A DNA stretch of 32,000 nt from an uncultured Opitutales bacterium (lineage in GTDB: Bacteria; Verrucomicrobiota; Verrucomicrobiia; Opitutales; Intestinicryptomonadaceae), in NCBI GenBank assembly GCA_934660865.1, contig CAKUIA010000001.1, forward strand, positions 150,001 through 182,000, read 5' to 3'. The notes under the pieces are model-generated. The model saw only the letters and a program-made list of their open reading frames with translations. It was not told the origin of the DNA and did no database searches. This document shows positions 18,232 to 26,553 of the stretch, one piece after another. The position numbers and the translations under genes are program-made. The stretch's first letter is position 1; each line of letters opens with the position of its first letter.

Positions 18232-18684
18232 ATGGTAAAAATATTTAAATTTTCACAGATAAAAGACTCTCCATTTGCCGCAAAAAAGGGTTTTGATAAA
18301 CTGGTTGAATACGTTTTAAAAAACGATGTTTTTAAAATGCCGCTGGGCAAATACGAAATAGACGGCAAAAACCTGTTTTTTGAAATTTCGAACTGCAATT
18401 TGCGCGCAAAGCAAAATGCTCCGCTGGAAGCCCACAAAAAATACGCCGACTTGCAGCTTATTTTAGAGGGCGCCGAAACATTCGGGCTTTCCGACACAAA
18501 CGTTTGCAGGAGTGTGAAAACCCCGTATAACCTGGAAAAAGACATGGAGTTTTTTGAAGACGCCCCCGAGCAGTACAAAAACCTAAGCGCGGGCGAATTT
18601 ATGGTGTTTTTCCCCGAAAACGCGCATGCGCCTCTTATCGGCGAAGGCTCGGTAAAAAAGATTGTGTTTAAGATACTTCTTTAA
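18232..18684 (+). CDS. YhcH/YjgK/YiaL (DUF386) family protein
   Basis: GKYEIDGKNLFFEIS...LEAHKKYADLQLILEGAE...GEFMVFFPENAHAP matches the family pattern (E. coli YhcH: GRYELQGDNIF...ELHEQYIDIQLLLNGEE...GMFAVFMPGEPHKP). An alternative ATG lies at 18211. Confidence 0.8.
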   Translation: MVKIFKFSQIKDSPFAAKKGFDKLVEYVLKNDVFKMPLGKYEIDGKNLFFEISNCNLRAKQNAPLEAHKKYADLQLILEGAETFGLSDTNVCRSVKTPYNLEKDMEFFEDAPEQYKNLSAGEFMVFFPENAHAPLIGEGSVKKIVFKILL

Positions 18685-18752
18685 CTGCAAGTAAAATTTG
18701 TATTTGACCGAACGCGTGTTTATATAGATTATACACGCGCATTTATAAAAAT

Positions 18753-18790
18753 CGGCAAACTCAAAAAAACAAAGCTTTTGCCGCTTTTTT
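18753..18790 (+). terminator. terminator-like hairpin 1 in the yhcH-cstA spacer
   Basis: CGGCAAA (18753-18759) / TTTGCCG (18777-18783), then CTTTTTT. Confidence 0.55.
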
Positions 18791-18801
18791 AATGCAAAAC
18801 A

Positions 18802-18830
18802 CGTCTCCGCATAAAGGAGACGCTTTTTTT
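18802..18830 (+). terminator. terminator-like hairpin 2, 26 nt upstream of the cstA ATG
   Basis: CGTCTCC (18802-18808), loop GCATAAA, GGAGACG (18816-18822), then CTTTTTTT. Confidence 0.7.
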
Positions 18831-18855
18831 CTCTCTTACCGCACACATCTACATT

Positions 18856-20319
18856 ATGTTCTTATTTTTAACAGGTATGCTTCTTTTGGCGGCCGGCTAT
18901 TTTTTCTACGGCCGCTTGGTGGAAAAAATATTGTCGCCCGACGACAGAAAAACTCCGGCAATAGAAATGGCCGACGGCGTAGACTACGTTGTTCTTCCGC
19001 ACTGGAAGAATATGCTTATACAGCTTTTGAACATTGCGGGGGTCGGCCCCGTAATAGGGGTTATTTTGGGCATAAAATTCGGCGAAATAGTTTTTTTGGT
19101 AATCCCCTTCGGCAATATGATTGCGGGGGCAACCCACGACTTTCTTTCGGGAATGATGTCGCTTAGAAACGGCGGCGCAAACTTGCCCGCAATAATCAAA
19201 GACAATTTGGGCAAGGGCTACTACCGGTTTTTTTCGGTATTTAGCGTGTTTTTGCTGTTGCTGGTTGTGGCGGTTTTCATAAACATTCCGGCAAACCTGC
19301 TAAGCAGCCTTGTGTGCGAAAACTCTTCGCTATTTTGGTATATGGTAATTGCAATTTTTGCCTACTACATTGCGGCAACGCTGTTTTCGGTAGACAAGAT
19401 TATAGGCAAAATATACCCGCTTTTCGGCGCAATGCTTATATTGGGAACGGCCGCAATTTTTGTCGCCCTTATGTGGCAGGTATTTAAAAACCCCGCATTG
19501 CTTGCCGAAAGCGCGGCCTTTAAGGAAAGAATGTTTACCGCCGAAAACGGCAACCCCGTTTTGCCCGTGTTGTTTGTAACCATTGCATGCGGCATAATTT
19601 CGGGCTTTCACGCAACGCAGTCGCCCATAGTTGCGCGTACAATGAAAAGCGAAAGGCAGGCGCGCCAGTCGTTCTACGGAATGATGATTGTCGAAGGCTA
19701 CATAGCAATGATTTGGGCGGGGGCTGCAATGGCAATCTACAACATTTGCCCCGACTATATGCTTATTAAAGCCGACACCGTTTTGGGCAAAATTACCGAA
19801 TACTTTTTGGGGACAAATGTGGGAACTGTAACAATACTTTCGGTTGTAATTTTGTCGATAACATCGGGCGATACCGCCATGCGCAGCGTAAGGCTTTCGC
19901 TTGCCGAAATGTTTAGGCTTAACCAAAAACCGCTTTTTAACCGCGTTTTGCTGTGCGCGCCCGCCGTGGTTGTTGTGGCTCTTTTGCTGCTATGGTCAAA
20001 CCAAAACGCGCAAACATTTAAGCATTTGTGGAACTATTTTGCGTGGGGCAACCAGGTTTTGGCGGCCTCCACTTTAATGGCGGCCACGGCCTGGCTTGTA
20101 AGAAGCGGCAAAAATTACTACATAGCAATAGTGCCCGCAATGTTTATGACTTTTATAGTTTCGTGCTACATAATTTGGGTTTCGCCCGAACACAAAGGCC
20201 CATACGGGCTTGGGCTTAATTTGAATTTGTCGTACATAATTGCAGCCGTATTTACGCTTATTGTTTCTTACGCCGTAATGCGCAGGGCAAAGAAGGCCCC
20301 CAAAATTTTTGACAAATAG
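18856..20319 (+). CDS. cstA: carbon starvation protein A family transporter
   Basis: N-terminus ...GYFFYGRLVEKIL...DGVDYVVLPHWKNMLIQLLNIAGVGPVIGVILG, plus ATHDFLSGMMSLR. 487 aa polytopic protein. Confidence 0.88.
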   Translation: MFLFLTGMLLLAAGYFFYGRLVEKILSPDDRKTPAIEMADGVDYVVLPHWKNMLIQLLNIAGVGPVIGVILGIKFGEIVFLVIPFGNMIAGATHDFLSGMMSLRNGGANLPAIIKDNLGKGYYRFFSVFSVFLLLLVVAVFINIPANLLSSLVCENSSLFWYMVIAIFAYYIAATLFSVDKIIGKIYPLFGAMLILGTAAIFVALMWQVFKNPALLAESAAFKERMFTAENGNPVLPVLFVTIACGIISGFHATQSPIVARTMKSERQARQSFYGMMIVEGYIAMIWAGAAMAIYNICPDYMLIKADTVLGKITEYFLGTNVGTVTILSVVILSITSGDTAMRSVRLSLAEMFRLNQKPLFNRVLLCAPAVVVVALLLLWSNQNAQTFKHLWNYFAWGNQVLAASTLMAATAWLVRSGKNYYIAIVPAMFMTFIVSCYIIWVSPEHKGPYGLGLNLNLSYIIAAVFTLIVSYAVMRRAKKAPKIFDK

Positions 20320-20355
20320 CCACAAGCACAGATTCCTTCTTTTGCACACCGAAAA

Positions 20356-20389
20356 CGCCGCAAAAAACCTGCGGCGTTTTTATTTTTTT
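20356..20389 (+). terminator. intrinsic terminator after cstA
   Basis: CGCCGCA (20356-20362), loop AAAAACC, TGCGGCG (20370-20376), then TTTTTATTTTTTT. Confidence 0.8.
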
Positions 20390-20475
20390 AGGCCGAACAA
20401 AAACATTTATAATAAAAAACGCCTTTAGTTGTTTTTGCTTTTTACGATTTGTTTAACACAAACAAATATAAAAAA

Positions 20476-20985
20476 ATGAATAGTTCGTCTCTAAGAATTA
20501 CAGGTGTGTTTTTGCTGTTGTTGGGAATATTGTGCCTGGCGTATCCCGTTTTTTCGGCATTTTGGGCGGAAAGCTTTACGGCCATAGTTTTGGCCATTGC
20601 CGCAGTATTTACGTTTGCGCTGGCGGCCAAGGAAAGCTCGTATGCCGATAAGGCCATATACGCATTTATGGGCATAATATACATTGCAGGGTGCCTATTT
20701 TTGGTGTTTAACCCCGTTGTGGGGCTTACGGTTATGATGGCCGCCTTTGCCGTGATATTCTTTTGCGAGGGAGTTTTTGCGCTGGCATTGTTTGCACGCA
20801 AAAGCAGACACCGCAACTGGCTTATGCTTATAAACGCATTGGCAAGTTTTATTTTGGCGTTTTTGGTTTTTGCAAACGTAAACGAAGGCGTTTTGTTTAT
20901 TGGCTTGCTTGTAGGCATAGATCTTATTTTTACGGGAATAGGGCTTTTGTTTTGGTCGCCGCAGGCCCGTTTAAACGAAAGCTAA
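20476..20985 (+). CDS. HdeD/DUF308-family membrane protein
   Basis: Repeated pairs of TM helices (GVFLLLLGILCLAYP..., GIIYIAGCLFLVFNP..., LINALASFILAFLVF..., IGLLVGIDLIFTGIGLL) typical of DUF308. The ATG at 20476 is preferred over the TTG at 20449. Confidence 0.7.
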   Translation: MNSSSLRITGVFLLLLGILCLAYPVFSAFWAESFTAIVLAIAAVFTFALAAKESSYADKAIYAFMGIIYIAGCLFLVFNPVVGLTVMMAAFAVIFFCEGVFALALFARKSRHRNWLMLINALASFILAFLVFANVNEGVLFIGLLVGIDLIFTGIGLLFWSPQARLNES

Positions 20986-21011
20986 AAGGCATACGATATT
21001 CGCGCAATAAA

Positions 21012-21048
21012 AGCGGCATACGCCTTGTCGGGGTATGCCGCCTTTAAT
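21012..21048. terminator. bidirectional terminator between the hdeD-like gene and the 729-aa gene
   Basis: GCGGCATAC (21012-21020) / GTATGCCGC (21032-21040), preceded by AATAAAA and followed by CTTTAATTT. Confidence 0.65.
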
Positions 21049-21068
21049 TTGCCCGCCAAAGCGCCCTG

Positions 21069-23258
21069 CTACTTTGCCTTTGCGGCAGCGGGAACTTCCG
21101 TTTTTGCGGGGGCTTCTTTCGCCTTGTCTTTCCCGGCATTTTCCTTTTCGGCTTTCGCCTTCATATAGGAGCTTTGCGGCAAAAACTTTGCGTCTTTAAA
21201 GCAGCCGAAATACCATGCGCCGTAAAATATTGCCGTTATCAAAGCCAAAATAACCACAAAATTCCTTACGCCGTGGTGCGGCGAATACGGGTCTAGCAGG
21301 TCGCGCTTGGAACCCTTCGGCAAAGAGGCTGTGTTTGTAAGCATGCCGCCAAAGGCTATATTTATTTTTGCCCTGGTGTTAACGGCCCAACCGTTTGCGT
21401 CAAGCAATGGGCCTAGGTTGCGCATTCTAAGCTTTAAGGCCGCCAATACCATAGAAGGCAGCGATATTGCAAGTATTATGCCAACAATGCCAAGCGGTAT
21501 ATACCAGCCCAGGCCGAAAAACGAATCCAGCAAAATGCCGAATGTTGCGGTCAGGCCGCTTACGGCAACGCCCAAGGCAGCCACCGTGCCGACATCTATC
21601 TTCTTTTGAGGGGCTGCAACCGAAGTTTGCAGGTTTGCCTGCGCCTTTTCGTCGGCCTGGCTTGCAAATTTTGCAATTTGCTCGGAAATCCATTTCGAGC
21701 ACTTTTTGTAGGGCGACCAAAAGGCCTGCGCAATGCTTATCGGGTTTTCGACCACTTTTACAACAACGGCGTCCCAGTCGCGGCCGAGGGTGTCGTAAAA
21801 CACGCCGTTTCGCCCCGCCATTAGGTTGTCGTTGTCGCCCGAAGTTACGGCGGCTACAATGGTCATGGGCGGCATACCCGCCCTTTTGCAGTTGCAGTAA
21901 AGCAGGTATGTGTAGCTTAGCGCGCTCATTGCCGAATGGTTGCCGACGTTTTCCACGGCAATGCACAAATCGCAAACCCTTTGGTCTATATAAAGCCTGC
22001 CGACCTGAAATGCCGACTTGTTTTTGCCCTCGTAAAACGACTTAAAGCTTACAAAATTTGTAAGCACTCCGAGCAGGTCGGCGTTAAGACGAACAAGCTT
22101 TTCCACCGAGAATATCGCGTCGTATTCGGCGCGCAGCGTTTCGTCTTTTTCGACTATTTTTGCGAGCTTTTTGCGGTAGTCCAAGTCCGCAAATTTTGCG
22201 ATAAAATCTTTGCCGAGTTTGTCGGGCAAGTCGTTCGGTTTTGCCGAAATCCATTTTGCAAAAGGCGCAAATTTGGCCGCTATTTTTGCAAAGTCGGCCG
22301 CGCTAATTTTGGCAATTTCGCCGCCCAAAATTTTAGAGGCTACGTCTTTAAAATTGTCTACCTGAACTTGCCAGGCGGGGTTTACGCCTTTTTCGAAATC
22401 GAAAAATTCGCTGTCGCCAATCAACGCTATGGGCAGCTTTTTAAGCTGCGCGTCGCGCGAATCTGCATCGGCAAAAATTGCAGCTATTTCCTCCTTTGCG
22501 GGGTTTAGGCTGTCGGCCGAGGCACTGTCGTAGCTAAGAACCGCCCTGCGGGTAAAGTAGTCGTTCAGCTTTTCGGCAACGGCATTGTAGGCGTCGTAGG
22601 CGGCCGCTGTTTCGCCGCCCAAAAACAGAATGTCTTTGTCGTTAACTTCGTTTTCCAACCAGCTTTGCGAAGCCTTTAAATCGTCGAAAAACGCGTTTAT
22701 TTGCGCCAAATCTACACCGTCTTTGCCCGACCTGTCTTTTTTCGCGCCGTACAATTCCGCTATTTTCCCGATTAAATCGGCACAGACCGTGTCGCCTTCG
22801 GCCGATTCGGGAATGATTATGCCGTCGGCATTAAAAATTGTATTTTCGTATACCGAGCCTCTGTCGAAATCTTCGGGCAAAAGGGTGTTGTTCCTGCCGA
22901 AGTTTTTTGCCAAGTGTTCGGCGGCCGCCTTTACTATTTTCGAGTTTTCGCTGTCGTCGCTTATGTTCGAAATTTCAAGCTCGCGGCTGCCGTCCAAAAG
23001 ACAGTCGGCGTTTTTCAGCATTTTGCATGTCCATTCGCAGGCGTCTATTAGCTCTTTTGCGCGTATTTTTCCGTCGCAGTCGGTATCTATAAAGGCGAGT
23101 GTTTTTTCGTTTAAATTCGTTCCCTTAACGGGGCAGCTTAACGCAGTCCACAATTTTAAGTCCAGATTGCGCAAATTTGCTATGTCGCTACCCGACTCGA
23201 ATTTTACCTGATAAACGCCGCCCGCTTTAAAAAAGCTCCAAGTATGTTTAGTTTCCAT
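21069..23258 (-). CDS. large hypothetical protein with a canonical EF-hand loop and three C-terminal TM helices
   Basis: 729 aa with no signal peptide. DTDCDGKIRAKE (aa 58-69, nt 23052-23087) fits the 12-residue EF-hand loop at positions 1, 3, 5, 6, 8 and 12. Hydrophobic helices at about aa 556-579, 584-608 and 665-686. K/A/E-rich tail. Confidence 0.75.
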   Translation of the reverse strand: METKHTWSFFKAGGVYQVKFESGSDIANLRNLDLKLWTALSCPVKGTNLNEKTLAFIDTDCDGKIRAKELIDACEWTCKMLKNADCLLDGSRELEISNISDDSENSKIVKAAAEHLAKNFGRNNTLLPEDFDRGSVYENTIFNADGIIIPESAEGDTVCADLIGKIAELYGAKKDRSGKDGVDLAQINAFFDDLKASQSWLENEVNDKDILFLGGETAAAYDAYNAVAEKLNDYFTRRAVLSYDSASADSLNPAKEEIAAIFADADSRDAQLKKLPIALIGDSEFFDFEKGVNPAWQVQVDNFKDVASKILGGEIAKISAADFAKIAAKFAPFAKWISAKPNDLPDKLGKDFIAKFADLDYRKKLAKIVEKDETLRAEYDAIFSVEKLVRLNADLLGVLTNFVSFKSFYEGKNKSAFQVGRLYIDQRVCDLCIAVENVGNHSAMSALSYTYLLYCNCKRAGMPPMTIVAAVTSGDNDNLMAGRNGVFYDTLGRDWDAVVVKVVENPISIAQAFWSPYKKCSKWISEQIAKFASQADEKAQANLQTSVAAPQKKIDVGTVAALGVAVSGLTATFGILLDSFFGLGWYIPLGIVGIILAISLPSMVLAALKLRMRNLGPLLDANGWAVNTRAKINIAFGGMLTNTASLPKGSKRDLLDPYSPHHGVRNFVVILALITAIFYGAWYFGCFKDAKFLPQSSYMKAKAEKENAGKDKAKEAPAKTEVPAAAKAK

Positions 23259-23281
23259 AAGCCGTTAAAATATATAAACAG

Positions 23282-23309
23282 CCTATAAAACGGGCGCGCA
23301 ATTTGTCAA
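23282..23309 (-). promoter_or_regulatory. candidate sigma70-type promoter of the 729-aa gene
   Basis: Minus-strand TTGACA (23309-23304), 16-nt spacer, TATAGG (23287-23282), about 24 nt upstream of the ATG. Confidence 0.35.
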
Positions 23310-23344
23310 ATATGCTTTGCTTTAAAAGGCACAAAAAAAGCTTA

Positions 23345-23419
23345 TGGCACCCCCTATCGGATTCGAACCGATGTTTTCTGAATGAGATTCAGAAGTCCTA
23401 ACCACTAGACGATGGGGGC
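23345..23419 (-). tRNA. tRNA-Glu (anticodon CUC), CCA encoded
   Basis: The minus strand reads GCCCCCA TC GTCT AGTGGTTA GGAC T TCTGA AT-CTC-AT TCAGA AAAC ATCGG TTCGAAT CCGAT AGGGGGT G CCA. D, anticodon and T arms all pair. The acceptor stem has G1-U72 and an A7/A66 mismatch. Confidence 0.85.
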
Positions 23420-23444
23420 ACTATAAGCTAAAATCAATTCAGGA

Positions 23445-23473
23445 AATATCGCCAAAAGCCGCAGAATTGTCAA
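23445..23473 (-). promoter_or_regulatory. candidate sigma70-type promoter for tRNA-Glu
   Basis: Minus-strand TTGACA (23473-23468), 17-nt spacer, GATATT (23450-23445), about 25 nt upstream of the tRNA 5' end. Confidence 0.4.
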
Positions 23474-23485
23474 GCAATTTGCGGC
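23454..23485 (-). terminator. possible terminator after the DUF805 gene
   Basis: Minus-strand GCCGCA (23485-23480) / TGCGGC (23463-23458) followed by TTTT. The loop contains the -35 hexamer listed above. Confidence 0.35.
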
Positions 23486-23522
23486 ATTTTTTTGACGCAA
23501 AAAAACCAAACAATGCGCGCCG

Positions 23523-24014
23523 TTATATGTCTATCGTATCGCCGTTTTGCTTGTCGGGATTTTCGGCGGCAACAACCGTTTGGGACTGTTGCGAACTTTT
23601 ACATTCGTCTTTGAAGAAAGTTGCACCGTATTTATTGTCGGAACTTTGCCCCCTGCAAAAAAGCAGGATAATAAACACAACAAAACTTGCAATAGGGACA
23701 AGCGACAACACCGAAAACCAGCCGCTTAGCCCCAAATCGTGAAAGCGTTTTGCGGATATTGCCAGCGTTGTATAGCTTATCACAATCTGAAATGGCAAAA
23801 ATATAAATCTGGCGAGATTGGACGTTAAAATATCCTCTGCACTGGCCCCGTTCATGGAAAGGCCAATGGCAAAGGGAACCATTATAAACACTGCCAAAAG
23901 CCCGAAGAACAGACTGGACAATATAGAATAGATTAAGTAGTCCAAACGCCCTATTCTTCCCTTAAAGGAAAAGAACATTCTGACACACTTTTTTATAAAA
24001 CTTTCTTTTTGCAT
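23523..24014 (-). CDS. DUF805-family inner membrane protein
   Basis: FSFKGRIGRLDYLIYSIL near the N-terminus and AKRFHDLGLSGWF after TM3 are the DUF805 (YhaH/YhaI-like) signatures. Confidence 0.8.
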   Translation of the reverse strand: MQKESFIKKCVRMFFSFKGRIGRLDYLIYSILSSLFFGLLAVFIMVPFAIGLSMNGASAEDILTSNLARFIFLPFQIVISYTTLAISAKRFHDLGLSGWFSVLSLVPIASFVVFIILLFCRGQSSDNKYGATFFKDECKSSQQSQTVVAAENPDKQNGDTIDI

Positions 24015-24078
24015 ATTTAGATTATAATCGCAAAAAATGCCTACTATTCAAGCAAATTGAAGCGGCAAATTTTTGCAC

Positions 24079-24110
24079 AAAAAAATCTCCGAAGCAACTT
24101 TCGGAGATTT
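24079..24110 (-). terminator. intrinsic terminator after metY
   Basis: AAATCTCCGAA / TTCGGAGATTT (24083-24093 / 24100-24110), loop of 6 nt. On the minus strand the stem is followed by a U7 run (plus-strand A run 24079-24085). Confidence 0.8.
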
Positions 24111-24144
24111 TCGTTTTTGCCTTTTGCGGGAATACCGATTGTCC

Positions 24145-25419
24145 TTACAAAACGCTGTCGAGCGCCTCTTTTAGGTCGTCGATATGCTCCAGGCCAATCG
24201 AAAGGCGTATAAGCTCGGGAGTTAGACCGCTTGCCGCCTGCTGGGCTTCGTCTAGCTGCGAGTGCGAAGTTGAAGATGGGTGCAAAATAAGGCTTTTTGA
24301 GTCGCCTACGTTTGCAAGGTTGCTGAAAAGCGGGATATTGTCTACCAACTTTACCGCCGCATTGTAGCCGCCCTTTACGCCGAATACTACCATTCCGCCG
24401 AAGCCATTTTTAAGATATTTGCTTGCAAGCGGGTAGCTTGGGTCGTCGGGCAAGCCGGGGTAGCGAACCCACGAAACCGACTTGTGCGCCTTAAGGAATT
24501 TTGCGATTTCAAGCGCGTTTTCGCTGTGGCGCTTTATGCGCAAAGGCAAACTTTGCAAGCCCTGCAAAAATATCCACGCGGCGTCGGGGGCAAGGGTTGG
24601 CCCTATGTTGCGCAAGCCTACCGTTCTTAGCCTTAAGATGAAGGCAAGCTTGTTGTTTTCGCCCAAGTCGTGCGCAAAGCGCAGGCCGTGGTAGCCGCCG
24701 TCGGGCTCGTTATACAACGCAAACTTTTTGTCGCTCCAGTCGAAATTGCCCGCGTCTATAACTGCGCCGCCAATGCCCGTGCCGTGCCCGCCAATCCATT
24801 TGGAAAGCGAGTGTATTACAATGTTCGCGCCGTAGTCTATCGAGCGTATCAATGTAGGAGGCGTAAAAGTTGCGTCTACAATCAGGGGCAGGTGGTATTC
24901 TTTTGCGATTTTCGCGTAGCCTTCAATGTCGGCCGCGTCCAAAACGGGGTTGCCCAAAGTTTCTATGTAAATCGCGCGCGTGCGCTCGTTTATGGCGGCC
25001 TTTACTTCGGCAAAATCGTTTACCTTTGTAAAGTGCGCCTTAATGCCGAACTGCGGCAAAATGGAATTGAACTGAACGTAGGTGCCGCCGTAAAGGTTGT
25101 TGGCGGCTACCAGCTCGTCGCCCGCTTTTAATATGTTGGTTATGGCAAACGCTATTGCCGCCGTGCCCGACGAAAGCGTAAGGGCAGCCGCCCCGCCCTC
25201 TAAGGCTGCAAGCCTCTTTTCGAGAACGTCGTTTGTCGGGTTCATTAAGCGGGCGTATATGTTGCCCGGTTCTCTCAGGGCAAAAAGGTCTGCACCGTGC
25301 TTTGCGCTTTTAAAGTTAAAAGCCGTTGTTCTGTATACGGGAACGGCCCTTGCCAATGTAGTCGGGTCGGGAACCTGCCCTGCGTGAAGTGCCAATGTTT
25401 CGGGTCTGTAGTTGCTCAT
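24145..25419 (-). CDS. metY: O-acetylhomoserine (O-acetylserine) sulfhydrylase, PLP-dependent
   Basis: [40 protein letters not shown], and the PLP-lysine context [11 protein letters not shown]. 424 aa. Confidence 0.9.
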   Translation of the reverse strand: MSNYRPETLALHAGQVPDPTTLARAVPVYRTTAFNFKSAKHGADLFALREPGNIYARLMNPTNDVLEKRLAALEGGAAALTLSSGTAAIAFAITNILKAGDELVAANNLYGGTYVQFNSILPQFGIKAHFTKVNDFAEVKAAINERTRAIYIETLGNPVLDAADIEGYAKIAKEYHLPLIVDATFTPPTLIRSIDYGANIVIHSLSKWIGGHGTGIGGAVIDAGNFDWSDKKFALYNEPDGGYHGLRFAHDLGENNKLAFILRLRTVGLRNIGPTLAPDAAWIFLQGLQSLPLRIKRHSENALEIAKFLKAHKSVSWVRYPGLPDDPSYPLASKYLKNGFGGMVVFGVKGGYNAAVKLVDNIPLFSNLANVGDSKSLILHPSSTSHSQLDEAQQAASGLTPELIRLSIGLEHIDDLKEALDSVL

Positions 25420-25460
25420 TTTATTTTCCTTTCAAATAGTTTGTTGGTGTTTTGTTGGTG

Positions 25461-26459
25461 TTAAAATTCGTATTTTATAGAGGCCGCCCATGCGGTGTTT
25501 TCGCGTGTATTTAAAACCGTGCCCAAGTGGCCGTAGCCCGCGGTAACAGTAAGGTGCTCGTTTACAACGGCCGCAAGCCCTATCGTCCACCAGTCGCTTT
25601 CTTCGCCTACAAGCTGTTTGGAGCCCGCGCTTATCGGCGAATATTGGTTTATCTTTTGGCGGTATTCAAAGGCCGCAAAAAGCCAGTCGGTTATGCCGAA
25701 TACCGCGTTGCCTTCGGCGGAAAATTCGTATTTGCCGGAATAGCCCGTATAGCCCAAGTTTGAAGCGTCGGTAGCCCTGCCCGTAATCGACAAAATTAGA
25801 GGGTGCCCGTAAATCAAAAATGTTTTCGAAGCGGTTATGGTAAATTCAACGCCGTATTCCCTGTCGTAGCCCTTTTGCGAAAGCAGGCCGCCGAGGTTGT
25901 CGTTTATTTCGCCAATGCCGTCGTTATACTTGCCATGAACGCCAACCGTTATTGCCGGCACAAAGCCTTCGTAAAAATCGTTTTCCTTTATCACGTTAAA
26001 GCGGGCGTTTACGGTGTGCAGCCAAACGTCGTTGCGGTCTATATTTGCCCCCGCATACTGCAAAATGTCGCTTTGCAGCGAACCCGTGCCGAAGCGGCTT
26101 GCGTTGTACGAAAGCTCCAATTTGCCGAACAGCGTTTCGCTTACTACAAAGCTTTCAACATTCTTTTGGCGCGCGTTAACGTAGGTTGCGCCAAAACTTG
26201 GCAGGGCAAAATCGGTGCCTTCGGGCCCCGGGTTTACCAAATAGGCTATGGGGGTTAAAACCACGCCGCCTACGCCGTCTATTGTAAACAAAGGCAAAGG
26301 AGCTGCCTTTTGCGGCTTTGCGCTTTGCTGCGTTTTGTTTGCGGCCTCTTTGGGCTGGGCGGCTTCGGCGTTAATGGCGGCTTCGTTCGAGGCCGCATAG
26401 GTTATGGGAGAAACGGCAAGGATTGCCGCCAGTTTATATATTGCAGAAATTTGTTTCAT
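25461..26459 (-). CDS. outer-membrane beta-barrel protein (putative porin), unknown family
   Basis: Signal peptide MKQISAIYKLAAILAVSPITYA, alternating amphipathic beta-strand pattern, and a C-terminal ...SIKYEF ending in an aromatic residue. Confidence 0.65.
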   Translation of the reverse strand: MKQISAIYKLAAILAVSPITYAASNEAAINAEAAQPKEAANKTQQSAKPQKAAPLPLFTIDGVGGVVLTPIAYLVNPGPEGTDFALPSFGATYVNARQKNVESFVVSETLFGKLELSYNASRFGTGSLQSDILQYAGANIDRNDVWLHTVNARFNVIKENDFYEGFVPAITVGVHGKYNDGIGEINDNLGGLLSQKGYDREYGVEFTITASKTFLIYGHPLILSITGRATDASNLGYTGYSGKYEFSAEGNAVFGITDWLFAAFEYRQKINQYSPISAGSKQLVGEESDWWTIGLAAVVNEHLTVTAGYGHLGTVLNTRENTAWAASIKYEF

Positions 26460-26553
26460 TTTTATTGTCCTTATGCTTTTTAATTTTTTTGTTTGTTTAA
26501 TTTTTGCCTTTAATGGCGTGTTTGTTTTTTTGTCGATTTCCGTTTAAGAGCAA

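Noticed and set aside
18792-19166. 124-aa ORF starting in the cstA leader and overlapping the cstA 5' end out of frame.
   Set aside because: It overlaps a strongly supported gene, it starts inside the terminator-like hairpin region, and its Arg/Gly-rich translation looks like an off-frame artefact.
19330-19926. 198-aa ORF antisense to cstA.
   Set aside because: It sits within a well-supported polytopic transporter gene and its composition looks like an off-frame artefact.
21427-22045. Two long alternative-frame ORFs (182 aa minus strand, 192 aa plus strand) inside the 729-aa gene.
   Set aside because: Their Arg/Pro/Cys/Gly-rich translations are typical of off-frame reading of a GC-richer coding stretch. 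The annotated frame is the only one spanning the whole locus with sensible TM helices.
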